Assembly (NCBI GenBank): GCA_964429005.1
Contig: CAYSAJ010000001.1
Location: 94,249 to 158,248, forward strand
Source of the DNA: an uncultured bacterium
GTDB taxonomy: Bacteria > Chlamydiota > Chlamydiia > Chlamydiales > JACRBE01
Length of the DNA stretch: 64,000 nucleotides
Direction: 5' to 3'
This document shows, piece by piece, positions 47,543 through 58,062 of the stretch; the stretch's first letter is position 1, and every line of letters starts with the position of its first letter. Position numbers and translations under genes: made by a program. The notes below the pieces were generated by a model. It did not search any database. It was given only the letters and a program-made list of their open reading frames with translations, and was not told the origin of the DNA.

Positions 47543-48238
47543 TTGATTGATAAAGAAAACTCCTACCAGATGTTTAATTCTATTGCATCTACCTACGACC
47601 GGATCAACCAAATCTTATCCTTAGGTGTAGAGCGTTATTGGAAGGGAGCTCTCATAAAAGAAGGGCTAAAACGCAATCCTCAGTCGATCTTAGATGTAGC
47701 TACAGGCACAGGCTCGATTCTGTTTCATTTTTTAAAAAAAGCTCCTACGTTGCAATACACAGGCATCGACCGCTCCATTGAAATGCTTAAACTAGCTCAA
47801 AACAAACATCAACATGTTTTAGAGGCAAACCTTCGATTTGACGAGGGAGATGGGGAGCATTTGCCATATGCCGATCATCAATTTGACTTAACAACCGTTT
47901 CTTTCGGGATCCGCAATATGCCTCATCCTGAAAAATGTCTTCGAGAAATCCATAGAGTGCTCAAACGAGCGGGAAGATGTCTTGTGTTAGAGTTTTCCCT
48001 TCCACGTCTATCGCTAGTGAAACAATGCTATCTTTTTTATTTGCGCCATGTGCTGCCTAAAATAGGGAAATTATTATCTTCTCATCATGAAGCTTATTCC
48101 TATCTGAATCAAACAATCGAAACATTTCCCTTCGGGAAAGATTTCGAAGATCTCATGCGCCAAGAGGGGTTTAAAGATGTTTCTTCTAAGACTTTATCTT
48201 TTGGCATTGTAACTCTCTATGTGGGAACGAAAAAATGA
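47543..48238 (+). CDS. menG: Demethylmenaquinone methyltransferase (UbiE/MenG)
   Basis: FNSIASTYDRINQILSLG and SAM motif LDVATGTG. TTG start. The stop overlaps the menF start (ATGA). Confidence 0.85.
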   Translation: MIDKENSYQMFNSIASTYDRINQILSLGVERYWKGALIKEGLKRNPQSILDVATGTGSILFHFLKKAPTLQYTGIDRSIEMLKLAQNKHQHVLEANLRFDEGDGEHLPYADHQFDLTTVSFGIRNMPHPEKCLREIHRVLKRAGRCLVLEFSLPRLSLVKQCYLFYLRHVLPKIGKLLSSHHEAYSYLNQTIETFPFGKDFEDLMRQEGFKDVSSKTLSFGIVTLYVGTKK

Positions 48239-49347
48239 ATAAAGAAGAATCTTTATCTCTTTTTTCGAGAGCTGAGATTTATCCTAAATTCATTCAGATT
48301 TCTCCTTATCACCAGATCGTTAGTTTAGGACTCTGTGAAGAAAAAGATCATATTACGAATGATGATGAATATTTAATCCATCTACATCCTTTCTTTTCGA
48401 TGGGGAGCTCTCTATGGGATGGTTTTTGCCAAAAAAGCTACAAGCCCTCACTGCTTATCAAAGATGGAAAAGAATATTGCTATCAAAAAGTTGAATGGAA
48501 TGAGGAGACTTTTCCAGTCCACCCTTGGGAAATGAAACTTCTTCCCTCTGCCCAAGACTACTTTCAGTGGGAAGAAATGATTCATTCATTTCAGAATTCC
48601 AATTTAGAGAAGGTTGTAGCAGGAAAAGTTGAAAAGGGTGAGATCATTCAAACTTCATCACTTTATTCTCTTCTTTCTCCCCTTTTACATTTGCCTGGAG
48701 CCCTCTTTGCCTTTTCTCCAAGGAAAGGATCTATATTTTTTGGGCTCTCTCCAGAGCATCTTTTTCGCAGAGAAAACGAAACACTATATACTGAAGCAGT
48801 AGCTGGAACATGGCTCAAAGGTAAACTTAACAGAGAAACAATATTAGCTTCTAAAAAAGAAAATGAGGAATTTCAATTTGTTGATGATTATATTCAATTT
48901 CACCTTGAAAGACTTTGCTCTGAGGTCCATTCTTCCCCTCTTCAAATTAAAGAAACCCCCACTTTACAACACTTGCACAAAACATACTTTGGCCAGCTAG
49001 AAAAAAACATCACTGACCACGATATCCTTGACATCCTTCATCCAACGCCTGCTCTTTGCGGAACACCAAAGAAAGAGGCTCTTGAGTGGCTACTCTCCCA
49101 CGAAAATTTCGAAAGAGGATATTATGGAGCGCCAATAGGTTGGAGAGGAAAAAACAGCAGTGAATTTGTTGTTGGTATACGCTCCTGCCTGATTCAAGAT
49201 TCCCTTGTTTATTTTTTTAGCGCTGCAGGGATCACTAAAAGCTCAAAACCTCTTTTAGAGTGGAGAGAACTAGAATATAAAACTCAACTGATGAAGAGTC
49301 TTTTTCATGAAAAACACACCCTTTTGGAATCAAGTCTATCCTCGTGA
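48235..49347 (+). CDS. menF: Isochorismate synthase
   Basis: Chorismate-binding core (LHPTPALCGTPK, GYYGAPIGW) and its position in the men operon. Confidence 0.85.
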   Translation: MNKEESLSLFSRAEIYPKFIQISPYHQIVSLGLCEEKDHITNDDEYLIHLHPFFSMGSSLWDGFCQKSYKPSLLIKDGKEYCYQKVEWNEETFPVHPWEMKLLPSAQDYFQWEEMIHSFQNSNLEKVVAGKVEKGEIIQTSSLYSLLSPLLHLPGALFAFSPRKGSIFFGLSPEHLFRRENETLYTEAVAGTWLKGKLNRETILASKKENEEFQFVDDYIQFHLERLCSEVHSSPLQIKETPTLQHLHKTYFGQLEKNITDHDILDILHPTPALCGTPKKEALEWLLSHENFERGYYGAPIGWRGKNSSEFVVGIRSCLIQDSLVYFFSAAGITKSSKPLLEWRELEYKTQLMKSLFHEKHTLLESSLSS

Positions 49348-50992
49348 AATTATTAAACATCTCACAGCTCATGGAATAGAAGATTTTTGCGTAGCACCAG
49401 GTTCGAGATCGACCCCTTTAGTTTTGGCTTTGGATGAAAGCCCTTCCATTCGGACTCATGTTCATTATGATGAAAGAGGACTAGGATTTTTCGCTCTAGG
49501 GATTGCCCTTGCTCAGCAAAAACCTGTTGCTATTGTAGTCACATCAGGTACTGCTGTTGCTAATCTTATGCCCGCAGTCATTGAAGCCTATTATAGCCGG
49601 GCTTCTCTTATCATCATGAGTGCAGATAGACCTTCTGAGCTGCGTCAATGTGAAGCGAATCAAACTATTTATCAGGCAGATCTGTTTGGCAAACATGTCT
49701 ATTACTCTTTTGACTTCCCCTATCCATCGGAGGAAATGGATTTTGGATTCATCAGCACACAAATTTCTCAAGCGCTTCATGCAACAATCTATCATAAAGG
49801 GCCTGTCCATCTTAATTTTATGCTAAAAGAGCCTTTCTTTGGATCATATATTCCATCTGATCAGCAAGTGCAGCACCCTCCTCTGCTGTTCTCTCTTCCA
49901 AGGCTCTCAGCAGACCCTTTCGCCGTTGAAGCTTTGGCTAAGCAGGTTTGTAAAGACACTGAAGGGCTCATCATTATCGGCAGCGAATTTTCCCAAAGAG
50001 ATTTGCTCCAAATTGATGCTCTAGCAAGCCATTTGAAATTCCCCATTCTTCCTGAAATCCTCTCCAATTTCCATATGACAGGGAAAGATTTTATCGCTCA
50101 CAGTGATCTGCTGTTAAAAAAATCGATTCCTTCTTCATTCAATCCAAAGCACGTCCTCTTTTTTGGTCATCGCCTTATTTCAAAAAACCTCATGGAATGG
50201 CTAAAGAAACTTAGTTTAAAAACTTTTTCTCAAATAGCCCCTGAAGTCAGTTACTACAACCCGATGCATCGCTTAACACACAAATTCACCTGTGATGTGG
50301 CTTCATTTTGTGAAACTCTAATCCATTTTTCTCCTCTCAAAGAAGAGTCATGTTTTGCACAAAATTGGATTGAACTTTCAAAAGCCTACTCAGAAGCGAT
50401 AGAAAATTATCCTGTTAAAGATGTCGAATGGCAATTTTTTAGAGCTTTATCTCAAAAAGTGGCAGGTTATCCCCTTTTTATTGCAAATAGCATGCCTATT
50501 CGCTACATGAACATGTTTTATCATCCTGAGGTAGCTTACACCCACGTGAATGTTAATAGGGGCACATCAGGAATCGATGGCAATATCGGAACATCCCTTG
50601 GGTTATGTAAAGGTAGAAACCACCCTTTGATTTCTATCATGGGTGATCAAACAGCTTTGCATGATATAAACTCTCTTAATCTTGCTAGAAACATACAGGG
50701 GCATCATTTAATCATTATGAATAATTCTGGAGGGAACATTTTTTCTCACCTGCCGATAGGCAAGTATAAAGAGCCCTTTGAGAAATTCTTCTTTTCTCGG
50801 CATTCCTATGATTTTTCTCCTATAGCAGAGATGTTCTCTCTTCCTTATTACTGTATTCACACCTTGGAGGAGCTCTCTAATCTCAAATTACCTTCAGCAT
50901 CATCTCTTATTGAAATTCAGGTCTCAGCAGAACTTAGCAATGAAGATTATCAAAATATGGTTTTGTCTATTAATGCTATGGCAGCTGTATGA
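49307..50992 (+). CDS. menD: SEPHCHC synthase (2-succinyl-5-enolpyruvyl-6-hydroxy-3-cyclohexene-1-carboxylate synthase)
   Basis: ThDP enzyme motifs APGSRSTPL, GDQTALHDINSL...NNSGGNIF. Confidence 0.9.
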   Translation: MKNTPFWNQVYPREIIKHLTAHGIEDFCVAPGSRSTPLVLALDESPSIRTHVHYDERGLGFFALGIALAQQKPVAIVVTSGTAVANLMPAVIEAYYSRASLIIMSADRPSELRQCEANQTIYQADLFGKHVYYSFDFPYPSEEMDFGFISTQISQALHATIYHKGPVHLNFMLKEPFFGSYIPSDQQVQHPPLLFSLPRLSADPFAVEALAKQVCKDTEGLIIIGSEFSQRDLLQIDALASHLKFPILPEILSNFHMTGKDFIAHSDLLLKKSIPSSFNPKHVLFFGHRLISKNLMEWLKKLSLKTFSQIAPEVSYYNPMHRLTHKFTCDVASFCETLIHFSPLKEESCFAQNWIELSKAYSEAIENYPVKDVEWQFFRALSQKVAGYPLFIANSMPIRYMNMFYHPEVAYTHVNVNRGTSGIDGNIGTSLGLCKGRNHPLISIMGDQTALHDINSLNLARNIQGHHLIIMNNSGGNIFSHLPIGKYKEPFEKFFFSRHSYDFSPIAEMFSLPYYCIHTLEELSNLKLPSASSLIEIQVSAELSNEDYQNMVLSINAMAAV

Positions 50993-51792
50993 CACTCTCT
51001 TATAAAACGTATGGATCGCCACTTTTGCCTCCCCTAGTCTGTTTTCATGGGATGCTTGGGTCTAAAGAAGATTTTGATAAAATCGCAAAAACTCTTTCTC
51101 AGGTATTTTATATGGTCGCGGTCGATCTTCCAGGATTTGGCCAATCTTCGTTGCAGCCCTCCAGAGAAGGGTGGATCTATTTGCAAGAGATCTTGACCTC
51201 ATTCATGCTTGAATTGGATATAGAAAGCCCATCTTTACTAGGATACTCTTTAGGGGGTAGAATCGCTCTTTCGCTCATTCCACATTTACCCTCAATAGAC
51301 CATCTTTTTATTCTTTCTGCAAAGCTCTCAATCCCTAGAGAAGAAAAAGAGGCTCAGCAAGAACAAAGCCTTTCTTGGAATAGTCTTTTACACACTCTCT
51401 CTGATGAAGACTTTCTTCGAAGATGGTATACTCAGCCTCTTTTTGATACTTTGAATCAGACTGATCTACTTGAAGCAATCATCGAAAAGAGGATTCCTCT
51501 TAAAAGAAATACCCTTGCCTATTACTTTCGTCATCTATCTGCTGCCACTCAGCCTAGCTTTCATGACACTCTCAAAAGATGCAAAAAGGGATTGTTTTTA
51601 TTTGGAAAGAAAGATCAAAATTACGCTGATCACTATGAAAAACATCATAAGGATTATCCCCATTTGCAGTTTTCTTCGATCCTAGGAAGCTCCCACGCCC
51701 TTTTAGAAGAATGCCCAGAAAAGGTAGCCTTTATGATATTAGACTTTTTAGGAAAGACTCATGACTACAGCCACGCAAGAAATCCAAACTGA
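50989..51792 (+). CDS. menH: SHCHC synthase (alpha/beta hydrolase)
   Basis: FHGMLGS, nucleophile elbow GYSLGG, and its position between menD and menB. ATGA overlap with menD. Confidence 0.8.
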   Translation: MTLSYKTYGSPLLPPLVCFHGMLGSKEDFDKIAKTLSQVFYMVAVDLPGFGQSSLQPSREGWIYLQEILTSFMLELDIESPSLLGYSLGGRIALSLIPHLPSIDHLFILSAKLSIPREEKEAQQEQSLSWNSLLHTLSDEDFLRRWYTQPLFDTLNQTDLLEAIIEKRIPLKRNTLAYYFRHLSAATQPSFHDTLKRCKKGLFLFGKKDQNYADHYEKHHKDYPHLQFSSILGSSHALLEECPEKVAFMILDFLGKTHDYSHARNPN

Positions 51793-52600
51793 TTGGACTC
51801 AAGCAAAAACCTACACAGACATTCTCTACGATAAACAACCCGGAATTGCGAAAATCACGATCAACAGAAAAGAAGTTCACAACGCTTTTCGTCCCTTAAC
51901 AGTTGATGAAATGATTGATGCATTTCAAGATGCTTGGCATGACACATCTATTGGAGTCATTATTCTAACGGGAGCTGGAACAAAGGCTTTTTGCTCTGGA
52001 GGTGATCAACGTCATCGAGGACATGCTGGCTATCAAAATCATAGCGAAGTAGAAAGGCTGAATGTCCTTCATTTTCAGCGGATGATTCGATCATGTCCAA
52101 AACCTGTTGTAGCCATGGTTGCCGGTTATGCGATTGGCGGGGGGCATGTGCTTCATGTTCTTTGTGACCTAACAATTGCTGCAGATAACGCAATTTTTGG
52201 ACAGGTAGGGCCAAAGATGGGATCCTTCGATGCAGGACTTGGCTCCTCCTATTTGGCAGCTATTGTAGGACAAAAAAAAGCGAGAGAAATCTGGTTTCTT
52301 TGCAGAAAATACACAGCTGAAGAAGCTTTGAAGATGGGCCTTGTGAATATTGTAGTCCCTCTGGATGAATTGGAAAAAACGACGATCTCATGGTGCAAGG
52401 AAATGCTAAATCATTCACCAATTGCCCTTAGATGTATCAAAGCAGGTCTTAATGCAGACTTAGACGGACAAGCGGGAATCCAAGAGCTCGCAGGAAATGC
52501 CACAATGCTCTACTACATGTCGGATGAAGCAAAAGAAGGGCATCAGGCTCTTCTTGAAAAAAGAACACCTGATTTTAGTAGGTTCCCATGGCGCCCTTGA
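51761..52600 (+). CDS. menB: 1,4-dihydroxy-2-naphthoyl-CoA synthase
   Basis: Crotonase fold with AFCSGGDQ and [13 protein letters not shown]. Confidence 0.92.
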   Translation: MTTATQEIQTDWTQAKTYTDILYDKQPGIAKITINRKEVHNAFRPLTVDEMIDAFQDAWHDTSIGVIILTGAGTKAFCSGGDQRHRGHAGYQNHSEVERLNVLHFQRMIRSCPKPVVAMVAGYAIGGGHVLHVLCDLTIAADNAIFGQVGPKMGSFDAGLGSSYLAAIVGQKKAREIWFLCRKYTAEEALKMGLVNIVVPLDELEKTTISWCKEMLNHSPIALRCIKAGLNADLDGQAGIQELAGNATMLYYMSDEAKEGHQALLEKRTPDFSRFPWRP

Positions 52601-53463
52601 AAGTTTGGCTTTTAGCTATCCGCCCAAAAACACTCGTAGCAATCATCGCTCCTATCCTCATCGGAACAGCCATGGCATCCTATGAAGAATGTTTTCATCC
52701 AGGAATTTTTATTTCAACTTTGCTCTCTGGCCTCCTCATTCAAATTTTGACGAATCTTGCTAATGATTATTTTGATTATCAAAAAGGGGCTGATACTGCA
52801 GCAAGGATAGGCCCTACAAGAGTCATGCAAAAAGAACTTGTCTCTCCTCTAGCCATGAAATCTGCTTTGCTTCTTTGTACTCTCGGAGCCATTGCAAGCG
52901 CCTCCTATCTCATATTTCAAGGAGGCTTACCCTTTGCTCTTTTGACTCTTTTGTCGATCGCTTTAGCTTATGGCTATACAGCAGGCCCCTTTCCTTTAGC
53001 TTACTTAGGACTTGGGGATTTATTTGTGATTACCTTTTTTGGAGTGATTGCCACTAGTTGCACATACTTTCTTCAAACAGGGAAAATCACTCCTTTATCT
53101 GTTTTTATCGGACTGCTTGTCGGTTTTTTATGCAATACACCGCTGGTGGTCAATAATCTTCGAGATGAAGAGCAAGATCGAAAAGCTAAAAAAAATACAC
53201 TCATCGTTCGGGTAGGAGCTGCGAAGGGAAAGATTTTTCTCTTTATTTGCGCTCTCCTTCCCGCAGCAGGAGCCCCTTTTGTTGCTCTTGCCTATGGCAA
53301 CCGCTGGATGAGTATTTGCGCCCTTCCCATCATCTTTTTATTTCCCTACGAGTTGTCTTCCTTGAGTAAGCCCAAAGATTATCTACCCTTGCTCCCTCGT
53401 TTTTCTCTGATGATCCTTCTCTACTCTATCTTTTTTATAGCAGCCCTATTTTTCCCTTCATGA
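52588..53463 (+). CDS. menA: 1,4-dihydroxy-2-naphthoate polyprenyltransferase
   Basis: UbiA-family motif [11 protein letters not shown], a second Asp-rich region NNLRDEEQD, and about 8 TM helices. Confidence 0.88.
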   Translation: MAPLKVWLLAIRPKTLVAIIAPILIGTAMASYEECFHPGIFISTLLSGLLIQILTNLANDYFDYQKGADTAARIGPTRVMQKELVSPLAMKSALLLCTLGAIASASYLIFQGGLPFALLTLLSIALAYGYTAGPFPLAYLGLGDLFVITFFGVIATSCTYFLQTGKITPLSVFIGLLVGFLCNTPLVVNNLRDEEQDRKAKKNTLIVRVGAAKGKIFLFICALLPAAGAPFVALAYGNRWMSICALPIIFLFPYELSSLSKPKDYLPLLPRFSLMILLYSIFFIAALFFPS

Positions 53464-54392
53464 AATTTATCCGATTCGACCTTTACTCTTATGCTATCCC
53501 TTGCTCTCTTTGGAAAGAAAAAAGACAAGGGATTTTGCTTCATGGAATTCTTGAAAATGGAGAGGAGCGTTTTGGTGAGCTCGCCCCTCTCCCAGGCTTT
53601 AGCAGAGAACCCCTTTCAGAGGCTTATCTTCAACTCACCACTCTTTTATCAGAATATGATGATCTTGAATGGGAAGCCGTTAGAAAAAAGCATTCTCTTC
53701 TTCCCTCTGTTAATTTTGCTCTCTACTGTTTATCCCTTCCCAACCAGTCGATAAGCGCACCTCTTAGCGGGTTTGTGTACCTTCCCCGTTTTGAAGAAGA
53801 AATCCCAAGACTTCAATCTTTAGGAATTAAGGAAGCAAAAATCAAAATCCCCTCACTCCCTTTCTCAGAAACGATCCCTCTCCTCAAACAATCTCTTCAA
53901 GCTAGCAATAATTCAATCTATTTTCATTTAGATATTAACCGCAGATGGAGCCTTAAAGAGTGGAGAGAATTTGAAGAGACTTTTCCTAAAGGGGCATTTC
54001 ATTATATTGAAGAACCTGTGAGGAGGGAGGATCTCTCTTTTTCTATGATTAAAAACTCCCAGCACCCAGTTTCTCTTGATGAATCAATACGTGAGGATTT
54101 TTCTCTTTTAGAGCTTGATCCCTATTGCCAAGTGATAAAGCCGATGATGGAATCTTTTTCTCCTCTATCTACCGAGAGATTTGCGATTAGCTCTAGCTTT
54201 GAAACAAGCGTAGGGACTAAAGCTCTCTGTAGTATTCATCAAAAGACAAGCTCTAAGTTTAAGCTTGGAGTAGACACTCTGCGATATCTTGAATCGACCC
54301 TATTTCCTTATCAAATTGACAAAGGTCTGATTCATTTTGATCCTTTTGATTCATCTACCTTAAAAAAGGACCCTTTTCTATGCAAAATTTAA
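53460..54392 (+). CDS. menC: o-Succinylbenzoate synthase (enolase superfamily)
   Basis: KIKIP (KxK), DINRRW, IEEP and LDES metal-ligand motifs. ATGA overlap with menA. Confidence 0.8.
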   Translation: MKFIRFDLYSYAIPCSLWKEKRQGILLHGILENGEERFGELAPLPGFSREPLSEAYLQLTTLLSEYDDLEWEAVRKKHSLLPSVNFALYCLSLPNQSISAPLSGFVYLPRFEEEIPRLQSLGIKEAKIKIPSLPFSETIPLLKQSLQASNNSIYFHLDINRRWSLKEWREFEETFPKGAFHYIEEPVRREDLSFSMIKNSQHPVSLDESIREDFSLLELDPYCQVIKPMMESFSPLSTERFAISSSFETSVGTKALCSIHQKTSSKFKLGVDTLRYLESTLFPYQIDKGLIHFDPFDSSTLKKDPFLCKI

Positions 54393-55603
54393 GCCCCCTC
54401 TCTTTTTGGATTGATGAGAAAAAAATCGAGTATGCTGCCTTGGATTTAAAAGAGCATCACTTACTGCTTAGAACCGATCACCCCATCGCTTTTAGCGCGC
54501 CACTTAATCCAGAAATAGTAGCCCTGATCTATTTTTTGCATGCGCACCAAAAGAGTTTTTTTCCTCTAAATCCAGAGCTGCCTGTTCAAAGTCAACTGGA
54601 GATTGCAGAGGAAACCAGATCTCACCTTTATGATGTTTCCAAAAAAGAATTCATCTACACATGCCGTGAGACTCCATTTGTTCGATCACCTTCTCTTCTT
54701 TTGCAAACCTCAGGATCTTCTAGCAAACCGAAAACGGCTGTTCTTTCTTTTGAGAATATTGACTTCTCGGCTTTAGGCTCTGTGAATTATTTTTCCCTTG
54801 AGGCAAATCACATTTGGAACTTAAGCCTTCCACTTTTTCATGTGGGGGGTATTATGCCTTTATTCCGCATCCTCAAAGTGCAAGGATCACTATCGATTCT
54901 TACAAAAAAAAGTGTTCTTCCCCATCCTAAGGCGACTCACAGCTCGTTTGTTCCAACACAACTCTATAGAGCCCTCACGCAAAATTGTAGTTTTAGTCCA
55001 CATCTTGAAGTTCTCCTAGTTGGAGGAGCTGCGATTGATTCTCCTTTAATTGAGGAGTGTAAAAAAAGATCTATTCCTCTTTACCTAACCTATGGAATGA
55101 CAGAAACCACCTCACAAGTAACTTGTGGTCTTTATGAAATAGGTCATCCTTTACCCTATCGAGAGATAAACATAGATGAAAGTGGTGAAATAGGAATTAA
55201 GGGAAAAACCCTTTTTGAAGGATATTTAAGTGATGAAGGAACCCTAAATCTTCCCTTGAACTCTGAAGGGTTTTTTATGACAAGAGACCTTGGCTTGTAT
55301 TCTGCCGAAAAAGGGCTGATGATTTGTGGTAGAAAAGATCGACAATTTATTAGCGGTGGAGAAAACATCCAGCCTGAAGAAGTTGAAAAAGTACTGAAGG
55401 GTCTATATGGATTTTCTTATTGCAAGGTGGTTCCTGAGCCATCCCAAGAGTTTGGAATGGTAGGTGTAGTCTATGTCGATCCGATGCCTACAGTTTCTTT
55501 TGATCAAATCAAAGCCGAACTCAAAGCTCACCTTCCAAGCTACAAAATCCCAAAAAAAATGATAAAAGGGCCTCAATCTCTCTCCTTAAAAGACTCTTTG
55601 TAA
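54380..55603 (+). CDS. menE: o-Succinylbenzoate-CoA ligase (short form)
   Basis: AMP-binding motifs TSGSSSKPK, YGMTET and GRKDRQFISGGENI. Confidence 0.85.
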   Translation: MQNLSPLSFWIDEKKIEYAALDLKEHHLLLRTDHPIAFSAPLNPEIVALIYFLHAHQKSFFPLNPELPVQSQLEIAEETRSHLYDVSKKEFIYTCRETPFVRSPSLLLQTSGSSSKPKTAVLSFENIDFSALGSVNYFSLEANHIWNLSLPLFHVGGIMPLFRILKVQGSLSILTKKSVLPHPKATHSSFVPTQLYRALTQNCSFSPHLEVLLVGGAAIDSPLIEECKKRSIPLYLTYGMTETTSQVTCGLYEIGHPLPYREINIDESGEIGIKGKTLFEGYLSDEGTLNLPLNSEGFFMTRDLGLYSAEKGLMICGRKDRQFISGGENIQPEEVEKVLKGLYGFSYCKVVPEPSQEFGMVGVVYVDPMPTVSFDQIKAELKAHLPSYKIPKKMIKGPQSLSLKDSL

Positions 55604-55794
55604 CTGACTGGTTATTAGGGGATAAAAGACGCGTTTTTTTAAATCACTATCAAATATTAATTTTCATAAAGAAACATCCACAACATAACCCATTGTTTAA
55701 GAAGAATTAACTAAATTATGATCAAAGAAGTCCTTAATACTCACCCTCTTTTCTTCTTAGCGAAAATTGTAGGAAATCGCAGGTTTTTTCTATA

Positions 55795-57888
55795 ATGAAC
55801 TCCTTTACGCAAGATTGGAAAACCAGGAAACATATGGACAACAGAAATCCTCTTAGAGAACAAGCTGAAGATCATTTATCTTCTTTTGATTCATTTGGAT
55901 TTTCAAATGACTTCATGCTCAAGCCGATTTCTGAAAAAGAGGATGTCATTCGTCATTCAGACTTGTTTCAAAAACAAGGAGAAAAGCTTCTCTTAGACGG
56001 AGATCATCTTGCACTGCGTTATTTTGATATTGCTTTAGATTTAGACCCCACCAACCCTCACCTTCTCTACGAGCAAGGGATGGCTCTTCTTGAATCAGGC
56101 TCTGAAAAAGGAAGAGAGAGACATCTTTTCCTCGCTTGCCAGCGCTTTAAAAAAGCGACACGCATCGATCCTAACCATGTAGATTCATGGTTTGTTTGGG
56201 GACAAACTCTTTTTCAACTCGGAACGATATATAATAAAGTTCATTTTTTCTTAGATGCAAAATCAAAACTAGATAAGGCAGTTCAGCTGATTTCACGTGC
56301 AGAACATGATCTCAGCGGGGATATATATTGGCTTCTTGGCTGCGCAACTCTTGAAATAGCTTCCCACTCACAGGAAGTATCTGACATCAATATCGCTTTG
56401 GACTCTTTTTCTCACGCAGTAGAAAAAAACCCCTCACTTCCTTCTTCATTTTGGGTAGACTTTGGACAAGCCTATGAAAGGCTAGGGCTCCAAATCAACG
56501 ACGGCCGCCTTATTTCTAAGTCTGTCGATTGCTACAAAAAAGCAGTCTCTTTGGATGGTGAAAATGCTCGCAACTGGTACCTTCTTGGGAAAGCCCTTCA
56601 AGAGTTTTACTATTTTTCGCAAGACGAAGATCATTTTTCTCAATCTTCAGAGTGTTTCTCCACATCAGCGCAGCTCAATCCTGATCAATTTGAAGTATGG
56701 AATAGCTGGGCGAAGAGCCTTTTTGATTCCGGGAAAAAGAACCAAGATCCTAAAAAGCTTTTTTCCTGCATCGAGAAACTCCACAGGGCAAATACTCTAA
56801 GTCCAAAAAATTCTCAAATCATCTCTCTTTGGTCTGAGGCTTTAGCAACTGCGGGTCTGATTGTAGATCGTCTCGATCTCATTCAAGATGCGGAAAATAA
56901 AATTTTAGAAATCATTGACATTCCTGGCATAGGACCTGAAGCTTGGTATGCGTTTGGAATGTGCTTTTTTACATACGGCCAATACTATCAATCTGCTGAG
57001 CATTACTCCCTAGCGATTGAAAAGTTCCAACAAGGTCTATCGCTAGATCGTACTTACCACTCTCTTTGGTATGCTTTAGGACTTTGCTATACTCAGATTG
57101 CAGAACTTGAAAATGATGCAGAAAGCCTTAGACTGGGCTCCAAATTTTTTGTGAGAGCTCTTCATCTTTCATCAAAAAGTCACTATCATTTTGAATATGG
57201 GCTTGCCTTATCAAAACTGGGCGCTTATCTTGAGGATATGCCATCACTCGAACTTGCTATTTATCACTTTGAACAAGCTCTAGCCCTCCACAAGCAAGCT
57301 TCCTATCTTCCAGCTCCATGGCTCTATCAGTATGCGGTTGCTTTAGATCTTCTTGCTGACCTCAAAGAAAATGCGGACTACTACACAAAAGCGATTGAAG
57401 TTCTGCATCATGTTCTTGTAATAGACCCTGAATATCCTCACGTTCATTATAGACTCGGGCTTTGTTATTCTCACTACGCTGAGCTCATCGAGGATATAGA
57501 TCTTTTTATGAGAGCTACCCATCATTTCAAACTAGCTTATCGCAAGGATGATGAAAATGAAGATATTCTTCTTGATTGGTCTTTAGCTCTTGTTAACCTC
57601 TCTCAGCTTTACGATCCCTCATTAGAAAGAAGTCAAATTCTCAAAGAGGCTGAGTATAAAATGATCCAAGCTGTAAAACAGGGCAATGTCCATGCATATT
57701 ATCATTTATCATGCCTTTACTCCCTCAGCAGCGATCTCTCACGTTCTATGTTTTTCTTAGGAAAAGCTAAAGAATTCGACGGCCTTCCTTCTATTGATGA
57801 AATGCTGCACGATATCTGGCTAGAAAACCTGCGAAACACAAGTGCTTTTCACGAGTTTATCAGCCAAATTGAAAACTCAAATTCCTAA
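55795..57888 (+). CDS. Tetratricopeptide-repeat protein (697 aa)
   Basis: Many TPR-like units, for example ALRYFDIALDLDPTNPHLLYEQGMAL, AIEKFQQGLSLDRTYHSLWYALGLCY and AIEVLHHVLVIDPEYPHVHYRLGLCY. Confidence 0.8.
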   Translation: MNSFTQDWKTRKHMDNRNPLREQAEDHLSSFDSFGFSNDFMLKPISEKEDVIRHSDLFQKQGEKLLLDGDHLALRYFDIALDLDPTNPHLLYEQGMALLESGSEKGRERHLFLACQRFKKATRIDPNHVDSWFVWGQTLFQLGTIYNKVHFFLDAKSKLDKAVQLISRAEHDLSGDIYWLLGCATLEIASHSQEVSDINIALDSFSHAVEKNPSLPSSFWVDFGQAYERLGLQINDGRLISKSVDCYKKAVSLDGENARNWYLLGKALQEFYYFSQDEDHFSQSSECFSTSAQLNPDQFEVWNSWAKSLFDSGKKNQDPKKLFSCIEKLHRANTLSPKNSQIISLWSEALATAGLIVDRLDLIQDAENKILEIIDIPGIGPEAWYAFGMCFFTYGQYYQSAEHYSLAIEKFQQGLSLDRTYHSLWYALGLCYTQIAELENDAESLRLGSKFFVRALHLSSKSHYHFEYGLALSKLGAYLEDMPSLELAIYHFEQALALHKQASYLPAPWLYQYAVALDLLADLKENADYYTKAIEVLHHVLVIDPEYPHVHYRLGLCYSHYAELIEDIDLFMRATHHFKLAYRKDDENEDILLDWSLALVNLSQLYDPSLERSQILKEAEYKMIQAVKQGNVHAYYHLSCLYSLSSDLSRSMFFLGKAKEFDGLPSIDEMLHDIWLENLRNTSAFHEFISQIENSNS

Positions 57889-58062
57889 AAAAACAGGAAT
57901 TTGAGTCTCATTTTTATCTTTGTTAAAAAGAATCCCAGTCCTTACACTCCTAGACATAAACAGTTTGAGATAGCTTTCCACAAAGTTTTGAACAAGCCTC
58001 ATTTCCCTATTCGTTAAATATGAATTTTGATACCATCTGCTATTTTTAGAAGGGTTTTTATT

